Shown here: piece by piece, positions 7,612 through 17,981 of the stretch | How positions within the stretch are numbered: the stretch's first letter is position 1 | Layout: the number at the start of each line of letters is the position of its first letter | Assembly: GCA_018818205.1 (NCBI GenBank) | Contig: JAHISJ010000023.1 | Location: 95,103-159,102, forward strand | Source: Patescibacteria group bacterium | Lineage (GTDB): Bacteria > Patescibacteriota > JABMPQ01 > JAHIRA01 | DNA length: 64,000 nucleotides | Direction: 5' to 3' | Notes under the pieces: generated by a model | Seen by the model: only the letters and a program-made list of their open reading frames with translations | Database searches by the model: none | What the model was told of the DNA's origin: nothing | Made by a program: the position numbers and the translations under genes

Positions 7612-10200
7612 ATGAACGAATTTTCTGGAAACACTAACAGAAAAAGACCATTACCGCTGGGTAGAAATAGAAGAACCCCGGCTTTTTTGGCATGGGGTAA
7701 AGGGAACCTTACTTCCAAAAAAAGCACTAGCATGCAAAAAGAGGTGCACGGAAAGGTAAGCACAGATATACGAAAAGTTCCGGTTACAATAAATAGTGGG
7801 AAAAGGGCTCAGGCAAGAATTGTGCCAAGAAAAGAAATTACCAAAGCACTTAAAAGCCTTAATGCAAAAGAGCGGGTTGTAAATCTGCGTGAGACACGGG
7901 AGCCTAAGAACAGAAAAACGGAAAGTATTGAAGCAATAGTCCCTTTAAAGACCGCAAAAAAAATACAAAGTCAAAAGAAAAGTGAACCAAAAGCTGAAGC
8001 AAACGTAGCACCATCTCTATTTTCTGGACGAAGCCAAAAAACGCATAACTTTTTAAAGCCGGCCTTTACTCTAAATACGATACAGGCTACAGAAAGTTCT
8101 GGAAAAAAGGAAAAGAGTGGTATCTTGGGGTTTATTAAGAGCTACTTTAAGACAATAAAAGATTGGAGGCTGAGTAGCGCATTTTCTCTCAATTTCAAAG
8201 CATCATTTGTATGGTTTGTTCTCTTTGCATTCATTTTTACCTATACTGTGCACTCTTTTGCATTTGTAACAGATAATGTGTATGAGGCAAAAGACAAAGT
8301 TGTCGACAATGCGGGTATCGGGTATCACTACATGACCTCGGCATCAAACTCTTTGGTGGACAAAGATTTCCATTTGGCTGAGTATAAGTTTGGTGTTGCG
8401 GCAGAGCGATTCTTTTCTTCAAAAGAGGAGATTGACTCACTTAGTAGAGGCCTTACCGGTGTTTTGGAGCATGTTCCCGGCGGTACGCAAGTGACAACAG
8501 CAGAAAACCTTCTTCAAGCGGGAGGAAACCTTGCTGTCGCGGGCGAATATGCAACTAAAGCAATGGAGCCTTTTTCTGAGTCGCAAGATCTCTTTGAAGC
8601 AATAAAAGAAAATGAAGAGGAATATGACAGAGCAGCTGAGGTGAATAAAGATCAACAAACATTAACTGAGGCGCTTGCCGTGTCGAGTGAGAACTTACAT
8701 TTAGCTCTTGGTAAGATTAAAGAAGCTGAAGGAGATTTAGAAAACGTGTATCCAGAGAAACTTCCGGAGGATCTAAGACCGAGTATTGAGCTTGCAAAAG
8801 ACAAAATGCCCAAGATTCGTGCATCACTCGAGTACTTTCTCTCATATTCAGACGTTATCTTAGAAATTCTTGGCAATAGAACGTTTAAACGGTATTTAAT
8901 CCTTTTCCAAAATAATGCTGAACTTAGGGCTACCGGTGGATTTATCGGCACGTATGGACTTGCTGAACTTGATGAAGGAAAGCTCACAAATCTTAAAGTA
9001 GAAGGTCCATACAACGTTGATGGTCAACTTACAGAGAATATTGTTGCACCAGAGGCGCTACATCTCATTAATCCGCGTTATTTCATGCGTGATGCCAACT
9101 GGTTTGCTGACTTTCCAACTTCCGCAAAAAGCGTTTCTGCCATGCATGAAAAGGCAGGGGGCCCATCTGTTGATGGAGTAATCGCGATAAACGCAAATAT
9201 GATAGTTGAGCTTCTAAAGCTCACTGGGCCAATAGAAATGGAGGAGTATGATGTTACCGTTACCCATGAGAATTTCTTTGAAGAAACCCAAAGAGAGGTC
9301 GAAATAAGTTATGATAAAGAACTTAATCGTCCAAAGAAGTTTATCTCTGACCTAATACCAAAAATTCTCGAAAAGATCCAAGGGGTAGAGCAAAAAAAGT
9401 GGCTAGATGTTCTTATGGTGCTTACGGGACTTTTTGACGAGAAAGACGTGCTTGTGTATTTTAATGATCAAAATCTTGAAGGTATTGTTCAAGATTTAGG
9501 TTGGGGAGGTGAACTTACGGAGACCGAAGGTGATTATCTTAACATTGTTTCTTCCAATATTGGTGGTGGCAAAACAGACAGGGTGATCGATCAAGAAACA
9601 GATGTTCAGGTTGATGTGCTTCCGGATGGTTCTGTAGTAAATACAGTGACGGTTAAAAAAACTCACAATGGAAACCCGAGCGATTTTTGGACAAGAGTAA
9701 AGAATGTTTCCTATATGCGTTTCTACGTACCTGAGGGAAGTGAGCTTATCGAAGCAAAAGGTTTTGACTCCGAACTTTTTAACCTGCTTTTGCCCAATGA
9801 AGATGGTGCGATAGTTGATCCGGTATTAGATGCGACTGAAGGGAAGGCTGCTATTCATGCTCCATCGCATACGAGGATGTATGCGGAGACAGGGAAGAAG
9901 GTGTTTGGCAATTTTGTTGGTGTTGAAGTAGGAGAGACCAAGGAGGTGCAAATAAAATATCGGTTACCCTTTAACATTGCACTTTCAGCTGATACCCCCA
10001 CCCAGCACTATAGTATGGTACTAGAAAAGCAGCCAGGGTCTATGCCTTCTCATGTTTCGTTTGTGATTAATTATCCGGTCTCATATATTGCATCTTGGCA
10101 GTATTTAACGGACGCGTATGTAGAAAAGAAGTTTAGACGGATAGAAAGCGAGTTCCTATTAGATAAAGATCAAACGTTTGCGGTCGTGTTTTCGAAATAG
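7612..10200 (+). CDS. large membrane-anchored extracytoplasmic protein, possibly DUF4012 family
   Basis: 862-aa ORF with a basic, disordered N-tail, one TM helix (FVWFVLFAFIFTYTV) and a large exo-domain. The RATGGFIGTYG motif resembles DUF4012. The start codon is uncertain (7612 or a downstream Met). Confidence 0.45.
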   Translation: MNEFSGNTNRKRPLPLGRNRRTPAFLAWGKGNLTSKKSTSMQKEVHGKVSTDIRKVPVTINSGKRAQARIVPRKEITKALKSLNAKERVVNLRETREPKNRKTESIEAIVPLKTAKKIQSQKKSEPKAEANVAPSLFSGRSQKTHNFLKPAFTLNTIQATESSGKKEKSGILGFIKSYFKTIKDWRLSSAFSLNFKASFVWFVLFAFIFTYTVHSFAFVTDNVYEAKDKVVDNAGIGYHYMTSASNSLVDKDFHLAEYKFGVAAERFFSSKEEIDSLSRGLTGVLEHVPGGTQVTTAENLLQAGGNLAVAGEYATKAMEPFSESQDLFEAIKENEEEYDRAAEVNKDQQTLTEALAVSSENLHLALGKIKEAEGDLENVYPEKLPEDLRPSIELAKDKMPKIRASLEYFLSYSDVILEILGNRTFKRYLILFQNNAELRATGGFIGTYGLAELDEGKLTNLKVEGPYNVDGQLTENIVAPEALHLINPRYFMRDANWFADFPTSAKSVSAMHEKAGGPSVDGVIAINANMIVELLKLTGPIEMEEYDVTVTHENFFEETQREVEISYDKELNRPKKFISDLIPKILEKIQGVEQKKWLDVLMVLTGLFDEKDVLVYFNDQNLEGIVQDLGWGGELTETEGDYLNIVSSNIGGGKTDRVIDQETDVQVDVLPDGSVVNTVTVKKTHNGNPSDFWTRVKNVSYMRFYVPEGSELIEAKGFDSELFNLLLPNEDGAIVDPVLDATEGKAAIHAPSHTRMYAETGKKVFGNFVGVEVGETKEVQIKYRLPFNIALSADTPTQHYSMVLEKQPGSMPSHVSFVINYPVSYIASWQYLTDAYVEKKFRRIESEFLLDKDQTFAVVFSK

Positions 10201-10202
10201 CA

Positions 10203-11783
10203 ATGGATATTCATAAAGCAAAAGCAACTCTTATTAATGCGGCAGTTGTCTTGGCACTCTTTTCTTTTGTAAGCAGAGTACTTGGAGTGCTCCGGGATAG
10301 AATCATTGCATCAAAATTTGGTGCCGTTGGCACTGTTGATGCCTATTACGCTGCATTTAGAATACCTGATTTTGTGTTTAACCTCTTAATTTTGGGAGCT
10401 CTTTCTAGTGCGTTTGTGCCGGTGTTTACGTCATACCTGGCACACAACAATAAAAAGAAGGCGTTTGAAACAGCAAACAGTCTAATAAATCTTACCCTTG
10501 TTGTGCTTGTTGTGGTTTCTGCGATTTTATATATTGCTATGCCGTATGTGGTTTCGCTTATTACTGCGGGGTTTGATAGTGAGCTCAGAGAATTAACGGT
10601 AAAGCTCTCTCGCATACTGCTCCTCTCCCCAATATTTTTTGGCCTTTCAAACATTCTCTCGGGTATATTAAATTCATTTAAGCGGTTTACTGCATACGCT
10701 CTTGCACCTATTTTCTATAACATCGGTATTATTATTGGCGCATATTTTCTAACTGATTTATGGGGAATTTATGGACTGGTTGTTGGTGTTATTATCGGTT
10801 CCATTGCACATTTTCTTGTCCAGCTCCCAAGCGCTATTAAGTGTGGCTTTAAATATGCATTCTATATTCGTTTTCACGAGGGTGTAAAAAAGATTGGGAA
10901 GCTTATGATTCCAAGAACAGTTGGCATAGGCATGATGCAGATAAATCTGTTCGTAACGACCTCTATAGCAACAACACTTCCGGAGGGAAGTGTTACCATC
11001 TTTAATCTAGCAAACAACGTGCATAGCTTTCCCATAGGTATTTTTGGAATATCGTTTGCGCTTTCCGCGTTTCCTTTTCTTGCTGAGGCGGTATCTAAAA
11101 ATGATGCTAAAGGATTTAAGTATTACTTTGCTAATGCTTTTTCAAAAATACTGATTTTCATTATTCCCTTAAGTATCTTGATTTGGATCCTAAGGGAGCA
11201 GATTATTCGAATCTTTTTTGGCGCAGGTAATTTTGATTGGACTGCAACACTTATTACTGCTCAGACACTTGGATACTTTGCCATGGGGCTTTTTGCTTCA
11301 GCGCTTATTCCACTTATCGCTCGTGCGTTTTATGCGACGCACAATACTAAAACTCCTGTAATAATAAGTGTGGTAAGCATGGTTATAAACATTGCGGCAA
11401 GCCTTTTACTTGCACCGCGCATGGGTGTTCCTGGGCTTGCTCTGGCATATTCTATAGCTGCAATTATTCAGTGTGTTCTTCTCTTTATTTTTCTTCGTCA
11501 AAAAGCAGGCTCTCTTGATGGGAAAAGGCTCTTTAATCAATTTGTAAAAATACTGGCTGCAGGTGTGGTACTCTATATAGTAGCTGCAGGTATAATGGAA
11601 CTTTCCAAATACGTTTTTGATCTTAAAACGTTTATGGGAGTCTTTCTTGAAACAAGTATTGTTACTGTTTCTTCTGCGGTGCTTTACGTGTTCTTACTCT
11701 ATCTCTTTAAAGATGAGGAAGTTCGCGCTATGATAGAGGGAGTGGTAGTCAAGATAAAAAAACTAAAGAAAAAGAATGGTTGA
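10203..11783 (+). CDS. murJ: lipid II flippase MurJ/MviN (copy 1)
   Basis: N-terminal signature ...LGVLRDRIIASKFGAVGTVDAYYAAFRIPDFVFNLLILGALSSAFVPVF, 14-TM-like hydrophobicity, 526 aa. Confidence 0.85.
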   Translation: MDIHKAKATLINAAVVLALFSFVSRVLGVLRDRIIASKFGAVGTVDAYYAAFRIPDFVFNLLILGALSSAFVPVFTSYLAHNNKKKAFETANSLINLTLVVLVVVSAILYIAMPYVVSLITAGFDSELRELTVKLSRILLLSPIFFGLSNILSGILNSFKRFTAYALAPIFYNIGIIIGAYFLTDLWGIYGLVVGVIIGSIAHFLVQLPSAIKCGFKYAFYIRFHEGVKKIGKLMIPRTVGIGMMQINLFVTTSIATTLPEGSVTIFNLANNVHSFPIGIFGISFALSAFPFLAEAVSKNDAKGFKYYFANAFSKILIFIIPLSILIWILREQIIRIFFGAGNFDWTATLITAQTLGYFAMGLFASALIPLIARAFYATHNTKTPVIISVVSMVINIAASLLLAPRMGVPGLALAYSIAAIIQCVLLFIFLRQKAGSLDGKRLFNQFVKILAAGVVLYIVAAGIMELSKYVFDLKTFMGVFLETSIVTVSSAVLYVFLLYLFKDEEVRAMIEGVVVKIKKLKKKNG

Positions 11784-12711
11784 AGATTTTTTTCGTGAAA
11801 TGTTCACAAGCTCAAAAACGTATTTTGATCAAGTTGCTATAGAGTTGCCCAGGTACCTGATGGCCTTTATTATATTTACCGTCTTTTGGGGTATTTCACG
11901 TCTTCAAAGAATAATGTCGACAAAAGTAATAGACAGGATAGAAAATGATTCTAGGAAGGCCTATTCAATCCTTATTGCACGGGTAACGCGTATTGCATTA
12001 GTGTTTATTGGTGCGGTGATTGGTCTCTCAATCATTGGTGTTAACTGGACGGCGCTCGCAACCGGTTTTGGACTGGTTGGTTTTGGCATTAGCTTCGCGT
12101 TTAAAGATTATTTGGAAAACTTCTTAGGTGGTGTCATTGTCTTAACACAAAGGCCATTTATTATTGGAGACCAGGTGCATATTGGTGAAACGCATGGCAT
12201 TGTTCAAAGAATTTCTACCAGATATACAGTGATTAAAGATTTTGACAATAAGCAGGTCACTGTTCCAAACTCAGAAATGCTCAAAAAATCAGTAATCAAA
12301 GACAATGCATATGGCAGAAAACGATATGAGGTAGAATTTGAGCTTGACTACAAAACCGATCTAAAAAAGGCATTGACTAAAGGGCTTACTGTAGTACAAA
12401 AGAGTGTAGGAGTGCTTACCAAACCAAAACCGCGTGGAGTAATTACTGATTTCAAAGATCATATTGTGCTTTTACGGTATTATTTTTGGGCACATCCAAG
12501 GGAGGTATATGAATTCTCCGTTCGTTCAAAAATAAGACAAAACATGCTTACATTTTTTGAGAATGAAAATATTAAGCTTGGGGTAAAAACGTCGGCAGTT
12601 ATTTCAAAAAATAAGCGTGTGTTTGATGATCGGGAAACGCCTGGAAAAAGGAAAAAAGAAGAAGATGACATACCAATTGAGGAAGATACTAGTGAATTAT
12701 TTGATGCGTAA
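11776..12711 (+). CDS. MscS-family small-conductance mechanosensitive channel
   Basis: Three TM helices followed by the MscS beta-domain (LTQRPFIIGDQVHIGETHGIVQRISTRYTVIKDFDNKQVTVPNSEM). Confidence 0.8.
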   Translation: MVEDFFREMFTSSKTYFDQVAIELPRYLMAFIIFTVFWGISRLQRIMSTKVIDRIENDSRKAYSILIARVTRIALVFIGAVIGLSIIGVNWTALATGFGLVGFGISFAFKDYLENFLGGVIVLTQRPFIIGDQVHIGETHGIVQRISTRYTVIKDFDNKQVTVPNSEMLKKSVIKDNAYGRKRYEVEFELDYKTDLKKALTKGLTVVQKSVGVLTKPKPRGVITDFKDHIVLLRYYFWAHPREVYEFSVRSKIRQNMLTFFENENIKLGVKTSAVISKNKRVFDDRETPGKRKKEEDDIPIEEDTSELFDA

Positions 12712-14502
12712 ATGAAATCATTAGAGAACGTTCGTAATTTTAGCATTATAGCCCACATTGATCACGGAAAATCAACACTTGCTGATCGGTTTTTGGAAAT
12801 AACAAAAACTATTTCAAAGCGAGACATGAAGGATCAGCTCCTAGATCAAATGGATTTAGAACGAGAGAAGGGAATTACTATCAAGCTTGCACCGGTTACC
12901 ATGGAATATACTGGTAGTGATGGAAAAGAGTATATATTGAATCTTATTGATACGCCAGGTCACGTAGACTTTTCGTATGAGGTCTCAAGAAGCCTTGCCT
13001 GTTGTGAGGGAGCTCTACTACTTGTTGATGCTTCACAAGGAATACAAGCACAGACACTCTCTAACCTATACTTAGCGATTGAGCATGACCTAGAAATTAT
13101 TCCGGTGATAAATAAGATCGACCATCCTAACGCAAATGTTGAGCTTGTTGAAAATGAAATAAAGAACATTGTTGGTGTAAAAAGTGATGAGATCTATAAA
13201 ATAAGTGCAAAAACGGGTGAGGGTGTTCAGGATCTTTTGCAAGCTGTTTTAAAAAAAGTCCCTCCACCAGAAAAGATTGAAGGTAAAACAAAAGCACTCA
13301 TCTTTGATTCAGTGTACGACAATTTTCAAGGAGTAATTGCGTATGTTCGTGTATTTTCAGGATCAATCAAGCGTGATGATATAGTAACTTTTCTGCAAAC
13401 GCAGTCAGAGATCAAGCCCGGTGAGGTTGGTATTTTTACACCCAAAAGGCACAAACAAGACGTGCTTGAGATGGGAAGCGTGGGGTATGTTGTTACTGGG
13501 TTAAAGAAGTTGCAAGACTGTAAAGTGGGTGATACTCTTGCGACATCAAAAGAGGCAAAACCACTTCCCGGCTACAAAAAGATGCAACCTATGGTGTATG
13601 CAAGTTTTTACCCAGTTGACGCGGATGATTTTCCGACATTCAAGGAAGCATTAGAAAAACTTAGCTTAAATGATGCATCTATAACGTATGATTTTGAAAA
13701 CTCTAAAGCACTGGGAAGGGGCTTTAGATGTGGTTTCCTTGGTCTCTTACATTTAGAGATTATCCAGGAGCGGCTAAAGAGAGAGTTCGATTTGGATATG
13801 GTTATTACAGTACCAACGGTTGCCTATACTATTGTACTAAAAGATGGAACAGAAAAAGAAATAATGAATCCTGCTGAATTTCCAGATCCATCAAACGTAA
13901 TTGAAATCAAAGAGCCATGGGCATCCGTAGACGTCATTGTTCCTACAGAGAAGATCGGAAGAATTATGGAGCTTATACAAGCCTATAGAGGTGTGTATAA
14001 AAATACTGAGTACCTTGATCCAACCAGAGCGCTTTTGCATTATGAGCTGCCTCTCTCTAGCATTATCTCTGACTTTTATGATAAACTTAAGAGTGCCTCT
14101 TCTGGATATGCGTCACTCAGCTATGAAGTACTTGATGAGAAAAGACCATCTGCCTTGGTTAAGCTTGATATACTCATTGCTGGAGAGACGGTAGAGGCTT
14201 TTTCCAAATTTGTGCCAAAAGATGAAGCGCAGCATGAGGGGAGAGAACTGGTAGGACGGTTAAAAGATGTTATTCCTAAAAAGAATTTTCTCATTCCTGT
14301 GCAGGCCGCAGTTGGGAGCACTGTCATTGCCAGAGAAAACATTAGGCCATATAGAAAAGACGTTACCTCAAAACTCTACGGAGGAGATATCACCAGAAAA
14401 AGAAAACTACTTGAGAAACAAAAGAAAGGAAAACAGAAAATGAAACAAATGGGTGACGTTGATATTCCGCAGGAAGCATTTTTAGCAGTATTAAAAAAAT
14501 AA
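12712..14502 (+). CDS. lepA: elongation factor 4 (LepA)
   Basis: NFSIIAHIDHGKSTLADR G1 motif, DTPGHVDF, and the LepA-specific C-terminal domain; 596 aa. Confidence 0.95.
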   Translation: MKSLENVRNFSIIAHIDHGKSTLADRFLEITKTISKRDMKDQLLDQMDLEREKGITIKLAPVTMEYTGSDGKEYILNLIDTPGHVDFSYEVSRSLACCEGALLLVDASQGIQAQTLSNLYLAIEHDLEIIPVINKIDHPNANVELVENEIKNIVGVKSDEIYKISAKTGEGVQDLLQAVLKKVPPPEKIEGKTKALIFDSVYDNFQGVIAYVRVFSGSIKRDDIVTFLQTQSEIKPGEVGIFTPKRHKQDVLEMGSVGYVVTGLKKLQDCKVGDTLATSKEAKPLPGYKKMQPMVYASFYPVDADDFPTFKEALEKLSLNDASITYDFENSKALGRGFRCGFLGLLHLEIIQERLKREFDLDMVITVPTVAYTIVLKDGTEKEIMNPAEFPDPSNVIEIKEPWASVDVIVPTEKIGRIMELIQAYRGVYKNTEYLDPTRALLHYELPLSSIISDFYDKLKSASSGYASLSYEVLDEKRPSALVKLDILIAGETVEAFSKFVPKDEAQHEGRELVGRLKDVIPKKNFLIPVQAAVGSTVIARENIRPYRKDVTSKLYGGDITRKRKLLEKQKKGKQKMKQMGDVDIPQEAFLAVLKK

Positions 14503-14504
14503 GT

Positions 14505-14600
14505 ATGCATAAAAAGATAAAAAAGGCGCTTTTGATCCTCTTCGTTGCGTTTATCACGCTATCAATGATCGCGTGGCTTGTTATGCCTGCCTTCTACTAA
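14505..14600 (+). CDS. possible 31-aa single-TM micropeptide (MHKKIKKALLILFVAFITLSMIAWLVMPAFY)
   Basis: ATG 3 nt after the lepA stop. Basic N-terminus plus one hydrophobic helix. Below the ORF-track length cut-off, and there is no homology evidence. Confidence 0.2.
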   Translation: MHKKIKKALLILFVAFITLSMIAWLVMPAFY

Positions 14601-14604
14601 ACGT

Positions 14605-15162
14605 ATGTTTAGGGACCCAATCAGTAACAATTTGAAAGAAGATGAGGAGATAGATGAGATTATCAGAAAACACTGGGGGAGCTTCATTAAGCAGGTGGTG
14701 GTCACTTTTGTTCTGCTTGTCCTTCCTTTTTTCTTTATCGTTTTTTTCTTCTCTCGGTGGTGGACTATGCTTATCTTTTTCATCTGGGTGACAGTTGGTA
14801 TTTCGTACGGGATATATCAGTGGCTCATGTGGTATCTTGATTCACTTATTTTAACCAATCAGCGAGTTATTAATATTGATCAAAAGAGTCTGTTTTCTAA
14901 ATCTGTGGCAGAAATTCCACTTGAACATATTCAAGATATTACGTACGAGATTGATGGAATAGCAGCATCACTATTTGGATTTGGCATGTTAAACGTTGCG
15001 TCAGAAGGAGGAAATGGTATGCGGGTAAAGAACGTAGCGAATCCACAGGAAATTCAAGAGCTAATATTTGATTTAAAAATTGCGGCAGATTTAACGGTTT
15101 CTGCAGAGGAGCTTGTTGAGTTAATACAAGAATCAAGAGATAATGCGAAAAAAAAGAAATAG
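14605..15162 (+). CDS. membrane protein with bacterial PH-like (bPH_2/YdbT-like) domain
   Basis: Two TM helices, then LILTNQRVINIDQKSLFSKSVAEIPLEHIQDITYE..., typical of the DUF304/bPH_2 family. Confidence 0.5.
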   Translation: MFRDPISNNLKEDEEIDEIIRKHWGSFIKQVVVTFVLLVLPFFFIVFFFSRWWTMLIFFIWVTVGISYGIYQWLMWYLDSLILTNQRVINIDQKSLFSKSVAEIPLEHIQDITYEIDGIAASLFGFGMLNVASEGGNGMRVKNVANPQEIQELIFDLKIAADLTVSAEELVELIQESRDNAKKKK

Positions 15163-15562
15163 TTCAAATTCACTTTTCAAAGCGCTCTTTAGCTCAAAGA
15201 TCGTGGTGTTTATTGGGTTTATTTTGCTCGTGCTTGTCTCTGTAGCTCTCACAAAAGAGCTTATGAGAAAGCATAATGTAAATAACGAGATAGAAGAGGT
15301 AAAGAAAGAAATAGATAGACTAGAGAGACGAAACGCAGAATTATCTTCTCTTATTGATTATTTACGAACTGATTCGTTTAAAGAAATTCAGGCTAGGCAA
15401 AGCTTAGGGATGCAAAAAGATGGGGAGACCTCTGTTGCTATCACTGAGCCGGTTACGCCAAATACAGACATACCAGAGGTGCCTGAGATCAATGAAAAAA
15501 CCCTTGAAGCAGAAGGGTCAAATGTTTCTAAGTGGTGGAACTACTTTTTTAAAAAAAGGTAA
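15143..15562 (+). CDS. septum-formation initiator FtsB/DivIC-like
   Basis: Short protein with an N-terminal TM helix and a coiled coil (EIEEVKKEIDRLERRNAELSSLIDYLRTDSFKEIQARQSLGM), as in FtsB/DivIC. Confidence 0.5.
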   Translation: MRKKRNSSNSLFKALFSSKIVVFIGFILLVLVSVALTKELMRKHNVNNEIEEVKKEIDRLERRNAELSSLIDYLRTDSFKEIQARQSLGMQKDGETSVAITEPVTPNTDIPEVPEINEKTLEAEGSNVSKWWNYFFKKR

Positions 15563-15565
15563 GAT

Positions 15566-16579
15566 ATGGTTAAGGAAAACAAAAAAGAAGAGCTCGATTT
15601 TTCTAAGCCCAAGATGAGTAAGAGAATTGTTCATTGGGTACTTATTGTGTTTGTGATTGTTATTCTTGCTTTTGCTGGTCTTGGCGTAGTAGTCTATGGT
15701 TTTATCTCTGCTCCATCGCTTGCAAAGCCTATTGCTCAGTACATTCCTTTTCCACAAGCTATTGCTCAAGGAACGTGGGTTCGGTTGAGTGATGTTTCTA
15801 ATGCGGTAGAAGGGCTAAGACATTTTCGTACGTATGAGACTATGATTACAGGCGAGGAACAGGGAGAACAAATGAGTAATGCTAAATATCAGCAAATGGT
15901 TCTTGCACGAATGATAGACGATGCACTCATTGCAAAGCAGCTAGAAAAATATTCAGCACTCGTTTCTAAAGAAGAGGTTAATGACGAGCTAGCGCGTGTA
16001 CAAGAAAATCTTGGAAATGACATTGATTTAGAGACGCACGTGCAAGAACTGTATGGGTGGACCAAGGAAGATTTTATTAAGTATGCAGTGAAACCTGCAC
16101 TTCAGGAAAAAAAGCTTAAAGATCTTTACATGAGCAATGAATCATTAGGGAGCGAGCATAAAAACGATGCCGAGATTAAAAAGAGAGCACTTGAGGTATT
16201 AGCGCTCGCCAAGAATGGGTCAGATTTTAATACTCTTGCATCTGAGCATAGTGAAGATGTGTATACCCGTGATTTAGAAGGAGACTTAGGTACTATTTCT
16301 AGAGGATACATGCCCGAGTCATTTGATGAAGTTGCTTTTGAACTACAAGAAGGAGAAGTGAGTGATCTCGTACGTACGGAATACGGTTACCACATTATTT
16401 ATGCAGAGGAAGTGCAAGAAAACAATGGAGAAAAGGAAATTCATGTACGGCACATACTTTTCTTAGTTGATGATACTTTTGACTCATGGCTTGCTGACCA
16501 AAAAAAGGCTCAGAACGTATATATTTTTGGCAAAGATATTTCCTGGAATAAAAATGAGTCTTTGGTAGAGATAAAATAA
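15566..16579 (+). CDS. membrane-anchored parvulin (PpiC-type) peptidyl-prolyl isomerase, PrsA/SurA-like
   Basis: N-terminal TM helix and a C-terminal parvulin domain (SEHSEDVYTRDLEGDLGTISRGYMPESFDEVAF...GYHIIY). Confidence 0.7.
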   Translation: MVKENKKEELDFSKPKMSKRIVHWVLIVFVIVILAFAGLGVVVYGFISAPSLAKPIAQYIPFPQAIAQGTWVRLSDVSNAVEGLRHFRTYETMITGEEQGEQMSNAKYQQMVLARMIDDALIAKQLEKYSALVSKEEVNDELARVQENLGNDIDLETHVQELYGWTKEDFIKYAVKPALQEKKLKDLYMSNESLGSEHKNDAEIKKRALEVLALAKNGSDFNTLASEHSEDVYTRDLEGDLGTISRGYMPESFDEVAFELQEGEVSDLVRTEYGYHIIYAEEVQENNGEKEIHVRHILFLVDDTFDSWLADQKKAQNVYIFGKDISWNKNESLVEIK

Positions 16580-16622
16580 TTGTGAGATAAAAGGAGTACA
16601 CACTGTCTTGTTGTGTTTTTTT

Positions 16623-17852
16623 ATGGCAAAAGAAGGTAACAAACAAGAGAGAAATAGTGCATTAAAGAGAAACTTTTCTAGAATGTTTTGGATTCGTCTG
16701 TTTTTTGATGTGCGCTTCTTGCATGTGGTAAGTGTGTTGTTCTATCTGCATCGTGGGTTAACGCTTGAAGAAGTTTTCTATCTCGCTATAGTGTGGTCGG
16801 TTGTATCACTTATTTCTGAGGTTCCCTCAAGTTATATGGCAGATAAATGGGGAAGAAAAAAGACACTTATCTTGGGTACTCTTTTTGTGAATCTCCATTG
16901 GATTATCTACTTTTTTGCATGGGACTTTGTGTGGTTTGCAGTAGGGGTAGGGCTTGTTTCCTTGAGCTATTCCTTTTTCTCCGGCACAGATGAAGCACTT
17001 ATTTATGATACAGGTAGAGAGCTTAAAAAAGAGGGAAAAAGCCTAAAACGATTTGGAAAATACTATTCTGCGCGGCACTTAGCAAAAGTATTCACGCCGG
17101 TTATTGGTGCACTTATTGCTAGAAACTTACTCGAGTGGCAGTTTCAAACACTCATCATCCTTGATTTGATTGCGACAATGGTAAGTTTAGTAATTGCTTT
17201 TAGGATTGTTGAACCTAAACACTTCTATAAAGTGGAAAAGCAAGAGGCAGGTATTATTCTTGATGCCATAAATATAATTAGAGCTAACTGGGTTTTTGTT
17301 AAGGCCATTTTGAGTCGAGTATTAATTTTTATTGCAACATTTATAGCATGGCGGTATCATCAGAAGTTTTTTGTAGATATTAATATTTCGATTTTGACTA
17401 TAGGCATCATGTATGGAGTAACTCAGCTATGCGGGTTTATTTTTAATCAAAAGGCACATTTGTTTTTACCTAAAGTAACTCTTAGAAAAAAGATAAATGT
17501 GTTTAATGGTATTGTCACGTTTTTTATTTTTCTTTTTGTGATGTGTTATTTTTTCTTCTTTAATAATTATCTTCTTTTGATTTTCTATTCCGCGTTTGTT
17601 TTCTTTGAGCTTGCCAGGTGGCCCATGTATTCTGAGTGGTTTAATAAGAATATTAAGTCATATAATCGTGCTACAACTCTATCCCTTGCCAATTTTCTAA
17701 AAGGCGTTCTAGATATTCCTATTTTATTTTTGGGTGCATATTTAATCGGTATGGGAATGATTTATCCGTATATCTTGAGTCTTGCATTGGCAGTAGTTGT
17801 CGTACTCTTTTTTAGGCTTCCAAAAAAGGTTGAAAAAGGAGCTAAAGTGTAA
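16623..17852 (+). CDS. MFS-type transporter
   Basis: About 12 hydrophobic segments with an MFS-like loop motif (ADKWGRKKTLILG). The ATG at 16623 is preferred over the upstream TTG/ATG of the ORF track. Confidence 0.55.
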   Translation: MAKEGNKQERNSALKRNFSRMFWIRLFFDVRFLHVVSVLFYLHRGLTLEEVFYLAIVWSVVSLISEVPSSYMADKWGRKKTLILGTLFVNLHWIIYFFAWDFVWFAVGVGLVSLSYSFFSGTDEALIYDTGRELKKEGKSLKRFGKYYSARHLAKVFTPVIGALIARNLLEWQFQTLIILDLIATMVSLVIAFRIVEPKHFYKVEKQEAGIILDAINIIRANWVFVKAILSRVLIFIATFIAWRYHQKFFVDINISILTIGIMYGVTQLCGFIFNQKAHLFLPKVTLRKKINVFNGIVTFFIFLFVMCYFFFFNNYLLLIFYSAFVFFELARWPMYSEWFNKNIKSYNRATTLSLANFLKGVLDIPILFLGAYLIGMGMIYPYILSLALAVVVVLFFRLPKKVEKGAKV

Positions 17853-17981
17853 GTCTCATAGAGCCTCGAAACGGTTACCTAGCTAATTTTTATTTGACTT
17901 TTGAATAATTTAGCGTTAAATGAGTAGTGTTGACCTTTTTACTAGGGGGAATGTGCAAAATTTCTGCAGCAGGAGGTAAAA

